Part shown: one piece after another, positions 8,536-17,978 of the stretch
Position numbering within the stretch: position 1 is the first letter of the stretch
Layout of the letters: each line of letters starts with the position of its first letter
The notes under the pieces: model-generated
The model's database searches: none
Told to the model about the DNA's origin: nothing
The model's input: only the letters and a program-made list of their open reading frames with translations
Program-made: the position numbers and the translations under genes
Virus record (IMG/VR): IMGVR_UViG_3300041409_000157
Span: 1-64,000 of that record
Source: a virus
Length of the DNA stretch: 64,000 nt
Reading direction: 5' to 3' (one strand)

Positions 8536-9906
8536 CTATTTGCCCATCCAGCTCGCCGCCCAAGCGTTTTGCAGTTTTCCCGCGTTGCTCTGGTCGGCAG
8601 GTTTCGCACCCGCCACTTTTGGATCATTCGAGGCCGACGGAGAACGCGGCTTATCGACGTGCTCATGGCCATTCTGTGACGGTTTGATGGGAGCCGTCGC
8701 GTCCGGTTTTCCGACCGCAGCTTTTGTGAAACCGCGCTTGGCAGCGAGTGAATCGATGCGATTTTCCTCATCCGTGATGATTTTTTTGCTGTCCTTGACG
8801 AGTTCCTGCTCGATGGCTTCGATCATGTCGACATCGTCGAAGGTCCACTTCCCGCGCCGTTGAGACGGTGTCAGGCTGTAAAATTCCACGTTCGGAATCC
8901 AGTCTTCCCGGCGACGGCCGCGAGCGTCCTTAGAGTTCCACTCACTTGGTCGAACCCCTTGCATGATTGAGTCCTTTTCAACTCCGAACTTGGCAAGTTG
9001 AAAATGGAGCGGATTGCTCTCAATGTCCATCCGGGTGGCTCCGTGGGCGATCTTCTTCACCTCGGAGGTGAGCTGGGCGGCCTGCGCCATGGTAGCGGCC
9101 ACAATGGGTGCCCGCAGGGGGTCCGCAGCGGTGAGTTCCGCAAGCTGTGCCTGATTCACGGTGCCGTCCTCGTTGAGGAGATTCGTGAGGGGCTTCCCAA
9201 TCAGCTCGTTGGCGACGTTCCGGGCACGCACCTGCCCCTCCCGCTGGGCAGCGGGGATGACGGAGGTGCGGGTTTCGACCTCCTTGAGCCGCTGCTCCAT
9301 GCGATTGCGCTCCACCGCGACGCGTTGCTCGATGCGAGCCTCTTCCAGATGCTCCTGCTCGATGGCGGCGGAGGGATCACTCTCGAAGAACTCGTTGTGC
9401 TCCTCATCCTCCGGGTTAAAGGTCTTGCCGGGGTGTTCCGCCTTCCAGTTCTGCTCGTATTGCACCTGCTGCTCGACGAACTTCTCCCACTCCTTCGATT
9501 TCCCGGCATACTTGTCCGGGAAGAGCCGTTCCAGCGTCTCGAACTGCTGCTGGCGGCGCAGGGCCTCGGGCGGAAGCTTGAAGGACGCTTGTGTTTGGGG
9601 CCTCTCCTCGCTGGCTCGAGACTTCACTGCCTCACTGACGACCCGTCCGACATCCCGGACAGCGTTCCCCAGCGTGGTAGCTAGGTCGGAAGGCTGTTCC
9701 GTGGGCTTCGACTCTTCGATCCCGGCTTCCGGCTCCTTCTTCTCCTCGACTTTCGGTTCAGGAGCCTTCTCCTCTGGGGGTTTCTCCTCTTTGGGAGCCT
9801 CCGGCTCGGCCTTAGCAGGCTTCTGGAGCCAGTCGGCGGCATACTTCGCCATCAGGCTCTTGGTTTCTTCGGCGGGTGTAGCGGGGGGTTCGAGTGTGGC
9901 TGGCAT
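8536..9906 (-). CDS. Capsid scaffolding protein (putative)
   Basis: Acidic E/K/P-rich N-terminus, helical body, between portal and capsid; ATG at 9906 just after upstream stop. Confidence 0.65.
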   Translation of the reverse strand: MPATLEPPATPAEETKSLMAKYAADWLQKPAKAEPEAPKEEKPPEEKAPEPKVEEKKEPEAGIEESKPTEQPSDLATTLGNAVRDVGRVVSEAVKSRASEERPQTQASFKLPPEALRRQQQFETLERLFPDKYAGKSKEWEKFVEQQVQYEQNWKAEHPGKTFNPEDEEHNEFFESDPSAAIEQEHLEEARIEQRVAVERNRMEQRLKEVETRTSVIPAAQREGQVRARNVANELIGKPLTNLLNEDGTVNQAQLAELTAADPLRAPIVAATMAQAAQLTSEVKKIAHGATRMDIESNPLHFQLAKFGVEKDSIMQGVRPSEWNSKDARGRRREDWIPNVEFYSLTPSQRRGKWTFDDVDMIEAIEQELVKDSKKIITDEENRIDSLAAKRGFTKAAVGKPDATAPIKPSQNGHEHVDKPRSPSASNDPKVAGAKPADQSNAGKLQNAWAASWMGK

Positions 9907-9907
9907 A

Positions 9908-10207
9908 TCAGTTGATGACGCGCACAACGTCGAGGTTTTCGACGTCACTTTCAAGCTCTTTCAGCACATCCAGCACGTTGAGGTAGCGGGATGCCACTTG
10001 GAATTCCCCCGCTGCGGCCTGCTGCTTGGCTGCCATTGGCTGAACGGCCTTGTGAGCACCGTTCGCCACAGCCTCGATGCCCCGGCCCCGCACGACGGAC
10101 TCAAACAGGAGGCGCTCCGGCTGGGAGAGCCACTTGAGGAGGGATGTTCGCTGGGATTCCGTCAGGGGGGATTTCTCCAGACGGAGGAGTTGGGAGAGTT
10201 CGCTCAT
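9908..10207 (-). CDS. Hypothetical protein between portal and scaffold
   Basis: ORF overlapping portal 3' end; typical position in podovirus head modules. Confidence 0.55.
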   Translation of the reverse strand: MSELSQLLRLEKSPLTESQRTSLLKWLSQPERLLFESVVRGRGIEAVANGAHKAVQPMAAKQQAAAGEFQVASRYLNVLDVLKELESDVENLDVVRVIN

Positions 10208-12638
10208 CGTAGGTCATTGGGGACGGCGCAGGAGGGGCCTGCGTGGCTGCCTGAAGGATTTGCGCAAGCTGCATCACGGCTTGCTTCGTCTCAGCGGTGA
10301 CCTGCGCCACCTGCTGGACCTGATGCTCAAGCTGCGTGATCTCGGCCTGCTGCTTGGCGATCTGCTCGGCCGCAGGCTTGACCACCTGCTCCGCCATCAG
10401 GTCGCTGGCCTGCTTCACGGCTTCCTGCACCGTGGCTTCCTGCATCTGCTTAGCCTGCTGCGCTTCATCTGCGCCGGTAACCCCAGTGCCAGTAGGCTCG
10501 ATCTTAAAATCGCTGCCAGCGCCGCCAAGGATGGCTGCCTGCTCGATGCCTTTGACGATGGTGCGGGCACCCACCTGCTGCGCCAGCTCTGGATTGGAGG
10601 CAATCGCCTGCCACGTCTTCATCTGGACGGTGGCTGCCTGAGAGTCGGTGCCCCGGTCGGGACCGTCCCGGGTGGAAGCGAGGCCCTCCAGCAGCATCGG
10701 CATGATGCTCTGCTTCTTCACCTTCACACGGGTCTTCACGTTGCCACCGCCACGGGTGACCACCTCGAATCCAAGCTTCTTGGCGTGCTCTTCAAGGTTC
10801 GGGATGTCGGGGGAAATCAAGGCGATGAAACCGGTGTCCATGTAGGCCACGGAAGCATCCGCGATCTGCTTCTTCCAAGCATCGATAGCGTCGTCGATGA
10901 AGGTGCCCGTGTAGGCCACGCGCACGCCCACGTTGCCACTGATGGTCTTGATCTCCTGCGCAGACTGCTGGTGGCTGGCCGCAGAGCCAATCTCCTGCGC
11001 GGACAGCACTAGCATCCGCTCGGCAATCCCGATGACGGTGTTCAGCGTGTTGGTGAGTTCCGCCACGCTCTGCTTCGGGAAGCTCACCTGATCGAAGGCA
11101 CGGCGCGTATCCAGCCCGGCGATGGCGTTCTTCTCATTGTCCATCTCCATCCATGTGATGGCCCGGGCCAGCATCTCGCTGGGGTTCTTGAGCTTCTGCA
11201 ACTGCGTGGCGTCGACCTGCCACTTGTCGTAGAACACCACGTTAATGAGGTTCTGCTTCGCCGTCAGGAGAATCTGACTGAGGATGTTACCGAGCTGGTC
11301 CTGAAACGGAATCAGCTCCAAGGCCATGCTCGGATTGCGCACCCGGCCGCCGTCAGCATCGTAGCCGAAGTAGGTGTTCGGGGTGTAGGACAGCGGCTCC
11401 GCAAAGATCACCGTGTCGTTAGATGCCACCACGAACCGGAACCAGACCGGGTATTCGTATTCGCCCAAGTCCCACTCCTTCGGAACCAGCTTGAAAAAGC
11501 ACTCCGTTAGGAAGATGGCCTTGTCTTCATCGGCCAGACAGTAGAACGCAGCTCGGTCCTCCCGATTGCTCTCACTGACAGGTCGGCACGACGGGAACTG
11601 CATCGTGCAGGGGTAGAAGTCGCTGAAGTAGGTGCCGGACAGCGTGTTCTCGAACCAGTTCGTGCCAAACGGGATGACCTCTTTGTTGAAGTAATCCGAG
11701 TTGTGATACACCGAGCCGTAACGCACCACGCGCCAGTGCCCGCTGAACTCGCAGCCTGAGTCCGAATTGAAGGAGCTGGTTGGCCACATCAAGTCGTAGA
11801 AGAACCGCGTGGGATGCGGTTGCAGGAAGCGTAGACCTTCCCGGATGGTGGTCTTCTTGAATCCGTCCCCGTCAGGCACCATCTGCTCTTCATGATACCA
11901 CGCCTCCGCTGGGAACATCATGCAGATGCCGTAGAGCAGGTCGTGGAGGATGGCATCCTTCAGTTGAGCGCGATACCCAAACTGGGTGACCATGGCTTCT
12001 GCCACGGAGGTAAGGATTTCACACAGGACGCGGTTTTCCTCGGTGGCGACAATCGGCTCATACTTGAAGAGCGGAATCTGGTCCCGGTCTGTGTAAAGTT
12101 TCGCGGCTCGGACAGTGACGTAGGCTTTGACGAGCGGGATGAGCGTGCGGACGAGGCTGGGCGCGTGGACGTCATAGAGGCAGTTTCCCTTGGTATCCCG
12201 CAGTTGCTTGCCATTCGCATCGCACCGCAGCGAGAAGATGTCCTCCCAGTTGAGGCCCCAACCCCTAATTACCTCCAGCGACTCTTCGTAGGTCATCTTC
12301 TTCTCGATGACGTGCTGGACGAGCGTTGGGGTGGTCTGCTGGTAGGCCGCATCGTAGGCATAGTCGATGGCGGCAAAGTAGCGGAAGTCGCGCAGGTTGA
12401 GGGTGCGCCCCTCCTGAATCCGACTGTAGATCAACCGACGCAGACGGCGCACGCCAGCTTTCTCGCCAGTGGCGGGATCATCAGGCAGCGGCATTGGACC
12501 GCCGCCAGTCTGCGTGGGGATTTCCGTCGGGGGAGGCGTCTTGCGAATCTTCTCGGAGACTTCCTTGGGAAGCTCGAAAAGCTTGCGGAGTGACTCCGTG
12601 TCACAGCCGTATTTAGAGAAGACCCGGGGAGATACCAT
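10101..12638 (-). CDS. Portal protein (putative, P22-like with long Q-rich C-terminal barrel)
   Basis: 845 aa; DLLYGIC, LIPFQDQLGNILSQ, Q/A-rich coiled-coil C-terminus; upstream of scaffold and capsid. Confidence 0.75.
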   Translation of the reverse strand: MVSPRVFSKYGCDTESLRKLFELPKEVSEKIRKTPPPTEIPTQTGGGPMPLPDDPATGEKAGVRRLRRLIYSRIQEGRTLNLRDFRYFAAIDYAYDAAYQQTTPTLVQHVIEKKMTYEESLEVIRGWGLNWEDIFSLRCDANGKQLRDTKGNCLYDVHAPSLVRTLIPLVKAYVTVRAAKLYTDRDQIPLFKYEPIVATEENRVLCEILTSVAEAMVTQFGYRAQLKDAILHDLLYGICMMFPAEAWYHEEQMVPDGDGFKKTTIREGLRFLQPHPTRFFYDLMWPTSSFNSDSGCEFSGHWRVVRYGSVYHNSDYFNKEVIPFGTNWFENTLSGTYFSDFYPCTMQFPSCRPVSESNREDRAAFYCLADEDKAIFLTECFFKLVPKEWDLGEYEYPVWFRFVVASNDTVIFAEPLSYTPNTYFGYDADGGRVRNPSMALELIPFQDQLGNILSQILLTAKQNLINVVFYDKWQVDATQLQKLKNPSEMLARAITWMEMDNEKNAIAGLDTRRAFDQVSFPKQSVAELTNTLNTVIGIAERMLVLSAQEIGSAASHQQSAQEIKTISGNVGVRVAYTGTFIDDAIDAWKKQIADASVAYMDTGFIALISPDIPNLEEHAKKLGFEVVTRGGGNVKTRVKVKKQSIMPMLLEGLASTRDGPDRGTDSQAATVQMKTWQAIASNPELAQQVGARTIVKGIEQAAILGGAGSDFKIEPTGTGVTGADEAQQAKQMQEATVQEAVKQASDLMAEQVVKPAAEQIAKQQAEITQLEHQVQQVAQVTAETKQAVMQLAQILQAATQAPPAPSPMTYDERTLPTPPSGEIPPDGIPANIPPQVALPAGAPPV

Positions 12639-12641
12639 GGG

Positions 12642-12797
12642 TTACTTTCCGGTCATCGACAATCGCTGGAAACGCTTTTTGCCGTATTTGGCGCGACCAG
12701 CCGCGGCGGCGATGGATTCGGCAGCCTTCGCGCTCTTGCCCCGCGACATGATCTCGCGCTTCAACTTCTTGAAGCGGCCGCCGCCGCCGAGTTTCAT
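12642..12797 (-). CDS. Small basic protein (51 aa)
   Basis: Hand-translated MKLGGGGRFKKLKREIMSRGKSAKAAESIAAAAGRAKYGKKRF...; fills gap directly before portal ATG. Confidence 0.7.
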   Translation of the reverse strand: MKLGGGGRFKKLKREIMSRGKSAKAAESIAAAAGRAKYGKKRFQRLSMTGK

Positions 12798-12801
12798 TGA
12801 A

Positions 12802-13230
12802 TCACCCATAAATCGAACTGTATTCGCAGAGCACGTTTCCGTTTTTATCCTTCACTCTGCAAAATGAAAGACCGTCAATCTTCGGAGCGCATTTCGAGAT
12901 GTCGAAGTCCGGGCTTTGGCGGTGGGTAATAACAATCTGAATAGGCTTTGGAATGAGATTTTTCCTTGAAAGAAGCGATGCTGTCTTCCAGAAAGCTTTT
13001 CGACTTAGTCCGTTCATCGTATTCGGCAGATGCGGATAGCGAAGCGCGTCCATCGGTTCAATCAGCCATAGAAGGAGCCGTGGCCAAACCGGAAACCCGT
13101 CTCTTTTGTAGGTGACCCGGTGAGCATCCGAGAAAATCCCACGAACCCACGTCCTAAACAGCATGATTCGATACGATGTTTGGAGCGAGAGTATCGCTTT
13201 ATCCCAAAGGATATGGAGTGATTCCTTCAC
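12802..13230 (-). CDS. Hypothetical protein (lower-GC insert)
   Basis: ORF ATGA-coupled to upstream gene. Confidence 0.5.
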   Translation of the reverse strand: MKESLHILWDKAILSLQTSYRIMLFRTWVRGIFSDAHRVTYKRDGFPVWPRLLLWLIEPMDALRYPHLPNTMNGLSRKAFWKTASLLSRKNLIPKPIQIVITHRQSPDFDISKCAPKIDGLSFCRVKDKNGNVLCEYSSIYG

Positions 13231-13508
13231 TTCATCCCCTTCCCGCCGCCAATCACGAGCATCATGGCGGGGTTCTTCTTGCTCTTCATCGGCATCTCCT
13301 CTTCCCCCATGCCGCCCTCCTCCTTCGTCTCCGCCTCACCTTCACCCTCCGGTTCCGCGTATTCCACCGAGGCAACGTCGAGGACGAACTTGCCGTCGGT
13401 CTGCCGCACGGTGCCCTTCACCTTGAAGGATTCCTCGTCGCCGACCGCGCAGCCGGAGACTTCGCTCATCACGCTCTTGTCGTTCGGGTCCAAGATCAAC
13501 TGGTTCAT
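13227..13508 (-). CDS. Acidic hypothetical protein, first gene of morphogenesis operon
   Basis: ATG at 13508, strong codon bias. Confidence 0.65.
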   Translation of the reverse strand: MNQLILDPNDKSVMSEVSGCAVGDEESFKVKGTVRQTDGKFVLDVASVEYAEPEGEGEAETKEEGGMGEEEMPMKSKKNPAMMLVIGGGKGMK

Positions 13509-13513
13509 TGTGG

Positions 13514-13546
13514 TTGAATGCTGCTCCAGCTTTGTGCATTGTTCAA
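13514..13546. promoter_or_regulatory. Overlapping divergent promoter pair
   Basis: + strand TTGAAT-N17-CATTGT; - strand TTGAAC-N17-CAGCAT; fills the 47-bp gap between divergent genes. Confidence 0.5.
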
Positions 13547-13555
13547 GGAGCAAAT

Positions 13556-13825
13556 ATGAAACCTACATTGATGACGCCGCCGCTCAGATTACAAGCAATC
13601 CGTAACCGATTGAGCGCGTTGCTCCAGCGCCGGGTCACACCAATGGCTCCAGCATCCGTTAATGAAAAGGAAGGATGGTTCATCAACAGTCTTCAGAATC
13701 AGTTCTTCCGCCAGCAAAAGCCAGTCACAGTCCTCCTTAAAGATGGCTCTGAGAAAATCCTGAAGTGCCCCTCTTGCAGCAGGATGATGAACCAATTCGT
13801 AACCCACTGGAAACACCATGTCTGA
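13556..13825 (+). CDS. Hypothetical protein with CxxC..H..H motif upstream of terminase
   Basis: AAGGAG RBS before ATG 13556; stop overlaps terminase start. Confidence 0.5.
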   Translation: MKPTLMTPPLRLQAIRNRLSALLQRRVTPMAPASVNEKEGWFINSLQNQFFRQQKPVTVLLKDGSEKILKCPSCSRMMNQFVTHWKHHV

Positions 13826-15392
13826 GGCGCTTGACTGGGCACCATCCACCTCCCCCAAGCAGGATCTCCTGCGCTGGCTCGTCCACCCAGACAATCCCGA
13901 CCGGAAACCCTACACCTGCGTCAGCGGTCCCCGCATGTCGAGCAAGACCATCGGGTGCCTCCACGCCGTGGTCGAGAACGCATGGCTCGTGAACCGTGCC
14001 AGATGGTCCATGCTCTCCCCCACCGTCACCAACGCCACGGACGGCGGCTTCTGGAACGACCTCACCGAGGTGGTCATCCCGAAGTGGATCGAAGCTGACA
14101 TCGGCATGAAGTGGCACAAGGAGCCTTACGTGGAAGCCGTCTCCAAGCGGCACAAGTGCTCGATCATCAACTCGCACGGCACCGTGAGTGTCTTCCAGCT
14201 GGAGTCCTTCCGGGAGGGGGCCAACATTGACGACCTGAAGACGCGCTTCAAGGGCAAGCGGTTCAACGGCATCTACTGGTCGGAGGCGGGCACCTGGGTC
14301 AAGACGCGCGAGGCGTTCGACATCCTCATGGGCTGCTTTCGCAGTGACGCTGACATGACATGGAAGAAGGACGACTACACCATGCTCATCGACACGAATC
14401 CTGAGCCCCCCGGTGAGGCGCACTGGATTTACGAGATGTTCTACAAGTTCCGCACCCTGGATTCCTCGGTGCTCATGGACTTGGTGAACGGCAAGGATGT
14501 CTCCATTGAGGACATGCTTCGCAAGCAGAACCAGCTCGGTCTCATTGAGTTCTTCGTCAAGGATAACCCGTTCCTAACGCCCGACCAGCTCGCAGAGCTG
14601 AAGACCCGCTACGCTCACTCTCCTGAGCTGTGGGACCGCTACTACCTCGGGAAGTGGACCTCCGCCGCTTCCGACGGCCTGTTCTTCGACGTGTTCCGGC
14701 CAGTCATCCACACGGCGGGTGAGAGCGAGACACCCATCAACAAGGAGCCGCTCCTGCTCCTGCCATCCGATGACTGCCACGAGTTATTTTGCGGAGTGGA
14801 CCCCGGCATCAGCAACTACGCGGCGGTGATTGCAGAGGAGTTCCTCTGGCCCGACAAGCACGGCAAAGAGCAGGTGAACTTCAACGTGGTCGACGAGCTG
14901 GTGTGGTTGGCTGAGGACGCCAGTATTGGAGAATTCACTGGAGAACTCATGGCCAAGATGGACTTCTGGGAGAACCTGCTCAACCGGAAAGTACGCTGGC
15001 ATCACTTCTCCGACCGCTCCGCCTTCGACATGCGCGAGAGCATCAGCAACCGACGTCAGCATGTGGAGGTGGCGCTGGTGTCCAACAAACGGATCATGCT
15101 CACAGCGGTGATGAAGGGTGACGGATCAGTGCGCCAGCGCATCGACATCCTGCGGAAGCTCCTGCATCAGGACCGCATCACGTTCTCCAAGGCGCGCTGC
15201 CCGCACACGATTCGCGCAGTGGAGTCGCTGAGGAAGGGCAAGAACTACCCGCTGGACAAGCAGAGCGAGCACAAGCACGCCTTCGACGCGCTCACCTACA
15301 TGCTCTCTACGCGGTGCTATCAGGAGCTGTTCCGCCAGAGCAAGACGCGGGTGGAGCGGGTTGCTCCGGTGATGACGCAGATTGTGCTGTAG
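13818..15392 (+). CDS. terL: Terminase large subunit
   Basis: Walker A-like SGPRMSSKT, Walker B-like IYWSE, coupling motif DTNP, DNPFL, RYYLGKW, nuclease GVDPG and KHAFDAL. Confidence 0.9.
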   Translation: MSEALDWAPSTSPKQDLLRWLVHPDNPDRKPYTCVSGPRMSSKTIGCLHAVVENAWLVNRARWSMLSPTVTNATDGGFWNDLTEVVIPKWIEADIGMKWHKEPYVEAVSKRHKCSIINSHGTVSVFQLESFREGANIDDLKTRFKGKRFNGIYWSEAGTWVKTREAFDILMGCFRSDADMTWKKDDYTMLIDTNPEPPGEAHWIYEMFYKFRTLDSSVLMDLVNGKDVSIEDMLRKQNQLGLIEFFVKDNPFLTPDQLAELKTRYAHSPELWDRYYLGKWTSAASDGLFFDVFRPVIHTAGESETPINKEPLLLLPSDDCHELFCGVDPGISNYAAVIAEEFLWPDKHGKEQVNFNVVDELVWLAEDASIGEFTGELMAKMDFWENLLNRKVRWHHFSDRSAFDMRESISNRRQHVEVALVSNKRIMLTAVMKGDGSVRQRIDILRKLLHQDRITFSKARCPHTIRAVESLRKGKNYPLDKQSEHKHAFDALTYMLSTRCYQELFRQSKTRVERVAPVMTQIVL

Positions 15393-15648
15393 GCCAGTGC
15401 TTCGCCAGCTCCTGCTCCGCCGCATCCAGCGCCGCCTTGAGTTTTCCAGTCGCCGGGGAATCTCCGAGGTGGTTCAGCGTGGCGCAGAAGAGGTTGTCGA
15501 GGATGGTGGCGCGATGGTCTAGCTGCGCATAGCAACTGGAGAGTTCCGCTTGCAGGGCCGCGACGCGGGCCTCTGCAAGCGAAGCGCGCTCACTCCACGC
15601 ATCTCTCTCGTAAGCCAGTTCAGCACACCGCTGCAATGGTCCCCTCAT
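15307..15648 (-). CDS. Coiled-coil hypothetical protein
   Basis: ATGA-coupled to HD gene; converges on terL. Confidence 0.45.
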   Translation of the reverse strand: MRGPLQRCAELAYERDAWSERASLAEARVAALQAELSSCYAQLDHRATILDNLFCATLNHLGDSPATGKLKAALDAAEQELAKHWPTAQSASSPEQPAPPASCSGGTAPDSTA

Positions 15649-16148
15649 GGCCTCCATGGGTTTTTCAGAAGGTTGAACTGTCGGAGAAACTCGAACGCGG
15701 AGGCGTGTTTCTTGGGTGGGGCAAAGTATGCGGTTCCGCACTGAAGAGGCTTGAACAGCTCCGTCCGCTCCATGTCAAGTGCGCGACGATCTGCGGCGAG
15801 GACCGCAGATGAAAGCTCCACCGGAACACCGAACTTCCTCGCAATCACACCCCACAGCATGTCCTCAATCCGCTGAAACTCCGGCATGAGATTCTTCAGC
15901 GGTGTTACGACGTCTCCACAAAATGCTTCCGGCGCGTCGTGCAGAAGCGCCTGCAACTTGTGCTTCGGCTCCACCAGCTCCATCACAAGCAGCGAGTGGG
16001 AGGCCACCGAGTAGTGCCTGCGGGTGTGACCCCCAAAGCGGCAGATGTTGGCGAGCGCGTGGGCGATGTCCTCGATGAGGATGGTGTCCGGGTCCGGCGC
16101 GATGAGGTTCACGCGCTGTCCGCTGTGGGTGGTCATGATGCCGGTCAT
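15645..16148 (-). CDS. HD-domain phosphohydrolase (YfbR-like nucleotidase)
   Basis: IEDIAHALANICRFGGH..YSVASHS..ALLHDAPEA..AD; start uncertain. Confidence 0.9.
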   Translation of the reverse strand: MTGIMTTHSGQRVNLIAPDPDTILIEDIAHALANICRFGGHTRRHYSVASHSLLVMELVEPKHKLQALLHDAPEAFCGDVVTPLKNLMPEFQRIEDMLWGVIARKFGVPVELSSAVLAADRRALDMERTELFKPLQCGTAYFAPPKKHASAFEFLRQFNLLKNPWRP

Positions 16149-16153
16149 GGGGA

Positions 16154-16402
16154 TCAGGATTCGAGGACTCCGCAGGGGAGCCATGTGCGGTAGGCGTCGT
16201 TCAGTCCGGCTGGGTCGGTGGAGTGGAGGGCACCTGATTTTGGCAGGTTTGAAAGTCCGTGCCACCGGCTACCACACAGGACGAGTCCGTCAGTATCGGA
16301 GGCCGAAATGACCGACCGGTAACCATCTGTGAACTTGATGACGGCACCAACCGGAACCTCGTCCTGTTTCCACGCCCGAATCTTCACGCGCTTCTTTTTC
16401 AT
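16154..16402 (-). CDS. Hypothetical protein
   Basis: ORF with promoter TTGACA-N17-CAGATT-N6-ATG. Confidence 0.65.
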   Translation of the reverse strand: MKKKRVKIRAWKQDEVPVGAVIKFTDGYRSVISASDTDGLVLCGSRWHGLSNLPKSGALHSTDPAGLNDAYRTWLPCGVLES

Positions 16403-16433
16403 GCCCTCAATCTGCCGTCACTTTGAGAAACTG

Positions 16434-16844
16434 TCAACGACCAAAATTCTGCACGCTGCCATCTTTCCCGCACCACTTCGCGGAGTGGCCGCCAAAGAGC
16501 CGCAGCAGACGCCATGCGTTATGCGCCAGCACCCAGAGCTTGCAGGCGGTGCCGGTCTGCGGCCGGATGCTCGAAGGCTCCTTCAGCAGGCGGGTGGCCA
16601 CGAGGGTTGAATCCGTGAGGATCTCCAGCCGGATGGCCGCGAGGGCGCGTTTCCTGGCCGTGCATTCGGCGATGATTCTGGCCAGACCGGAGATGCAGGC
16701 CAGCCACTCCGCCTCATTCGCTGTGCCGTGGCCAAGCTCGATGTGATTCTCCCGGGAGATTTCCTTCTCGCCGTGCAGGATGATGAATGAGCCGAAGCGT
16801 TCGCCAGTGCAGCCACCGGAGAATTTGAGGGTGAGGGTGGTCAC
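16434..16844 (-). CDS. RNase H-like protein (degenerate active site)
   Basis: TANEAEWLACISGL and ILTDSTLV motifs; first Asp replaced (FSGG). Confidence 0.7.
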   Translation of the reverse strand: MTTLTLKFSGGCTGERFGSFIILHGEKEISRENHIELGHGTANEAEWLACISGLARIIAECTARKRALAAIRLEILTDSTLVATRLLKEPSSIRPQTGTACKLWVLAHNAWRLLRLFGGHSAKWCGKDGSVQNFGR

Positions 16845-17038
16845 TTGGAAACATCCATGACAGCCGCCTCAAGAACTCTGGATCGAAGGGCGGCGCGCCT
16901 TCGGTTAGCCATGTCCAGCTCATCACCGAGCCACTTGATGCACTCCAGCAAATCCTTCCGCCTCCACCTGCTAAGGTTCATTCCCTCAGCAAGGTCGTTG
17001 CAGGGCTGCTCCATTTCCTCACGGCGTTTGATGGTCAC
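16841..17038 (-). CDS. Hypothetical protein
   Basis: GTGA-coupled on both sides. Confidence 0.55.
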   Translation of the reverse strand: MTIKRREEMEQPCNDLAEGMNLSRWRRKDLLECIKWLGDELDMANRRRAALRSRVLEAAVMDVSK

Positions 17039-17292
17039 AGTTCCACCTCAATCTTCGGCTTGCGCTTACCACCCATAACAAATTCCATGAGCAGTGACTT
17101 TGAAGGACGCCGTGCAGGGTTGGTGACCCGCGTATCCCAGTCGATCAGGTCATCCTCCACCTGATGCTCCAGGCACCGCTCTCCCGCCGCCAGTTCATCC
17201 GCCTGCTCGCGGGTGGCCTCGCCATCGAACTCGTGGATGGCGGCCCGCTCAAGCTGGATGTCGAGACAGTGGGGGCATTCGGATGGGGTCAC
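17035..17292 (-). CDS. Hypothetical protein
   Basis: ERAAIHEFDG...REQAD motif common in phage small proteins; coupled start. Confidence 0.6.
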   Translation of the reverse strand: MTPSECPHCLDIQLERAAIHEFDGEATREQADELAAGERCLEHQVEDDLIDWDTRVTNPARRPSKSLLMEFVMGGKRKPKIEVEL

Positions 17293-17963
17293 TTGTTCGC
17301 CTCCTGCCATGCGGTGAGGGCAAGCTGCATCTTTGGAAGACTGGCATACTTACCGGTTCCACAGCATGTGTTACAGCACACCCATTCTCCCGTTCTGTCG
17401 TAAGTGGTGTCCATGAACCCCTTCTTTCCTTTGCATGTTGGACACACCTCGAAAACATTGGCCATCCCCTCCGCCGCCTTGACCTTGAGGCGGAGCTTTT
17501 CGATGATCTCTCCCTGCACCTTCAACAAATCGCCGTGAATGGATAGATTTGTCTCAACGCCACGCAACCGCTCCACCTCCGCACGGAGCGAGGCGAGTTT
17601 GGCTGACTGCGCGTGAGATTCGTTGATGGACTGTTGCGCATTGCTCAACAGATTTTCTGAAGTGCGCTCGTCAGCCAGTGCAACTGCAAGCTCGCTCCGC
17701 AACCGCTCCACTTCCGCCAGCATCTCGCGCCCGGCGTTTGTGGCGAGGGCGGATCTGCCGGTGTTAAAGGCGGCTGCCATAACAGAATGCTCTTTCGTTG
17801 GGAACGCAGACGCCAAGACAATTTCCAATCCCGTCCGCAACTTCGCCGCCCCGGATTCCGATTTACGGAGTTCGCGTTCGAGTTCTCTTGCCATTTCGAT
17901 TGGAACATGATGCCATCCATGGCAGTTCTTCAACACACGATCAGTTCTTGGTGTATCACTCAT
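17289..17963 (-). CDS. Coiled-coil protein with DnaJ-type zinc finger
   Basis: MSDTPRTD start, CPTCKGKKG...CNTCCGTG; promoter TTGACA-N18-CAACTT-N6-ATG. Confidence 0.65.
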   Translation of the reverse strand: MSDTPRTDRVLKNCHGWHHVPIEMARELERELRKSESGAAKLRTGLEIVLASAFPTKEHSVMAAAFNTGRSALATNAGREMLAEVERLRSELAVALADERTSENLLSNAQQSINESHAQSAKLASLRAEVERLRGVETNLSIHGDLLKVQGEIIEKLRLKVKAAEGMANVFEVCPTCKGKKGFMDTTYDRTGEWVCCNTCCGTGKYASLPKMQLALTAWQEANK

Positions 17964-17978
17964 GCCGCGAAGTTGACG

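Noticed and set aside
13589-13894. Minus-strand ORF sharing the CATG with the terL start
   Set aside because: No room for its own promoter or RBS; the plus-strand ORF 13556..13825 has an AAGGAG RBS and is coupled to terL
15645-16148. Z-genome (DatZ/PurZ/MazZ) pathway suggested by HD plus MazG genes
   Set aside because: No PurZ/PurA-like gene or DNA polymerase in the window; HD and MazG genes are common and unlinked here
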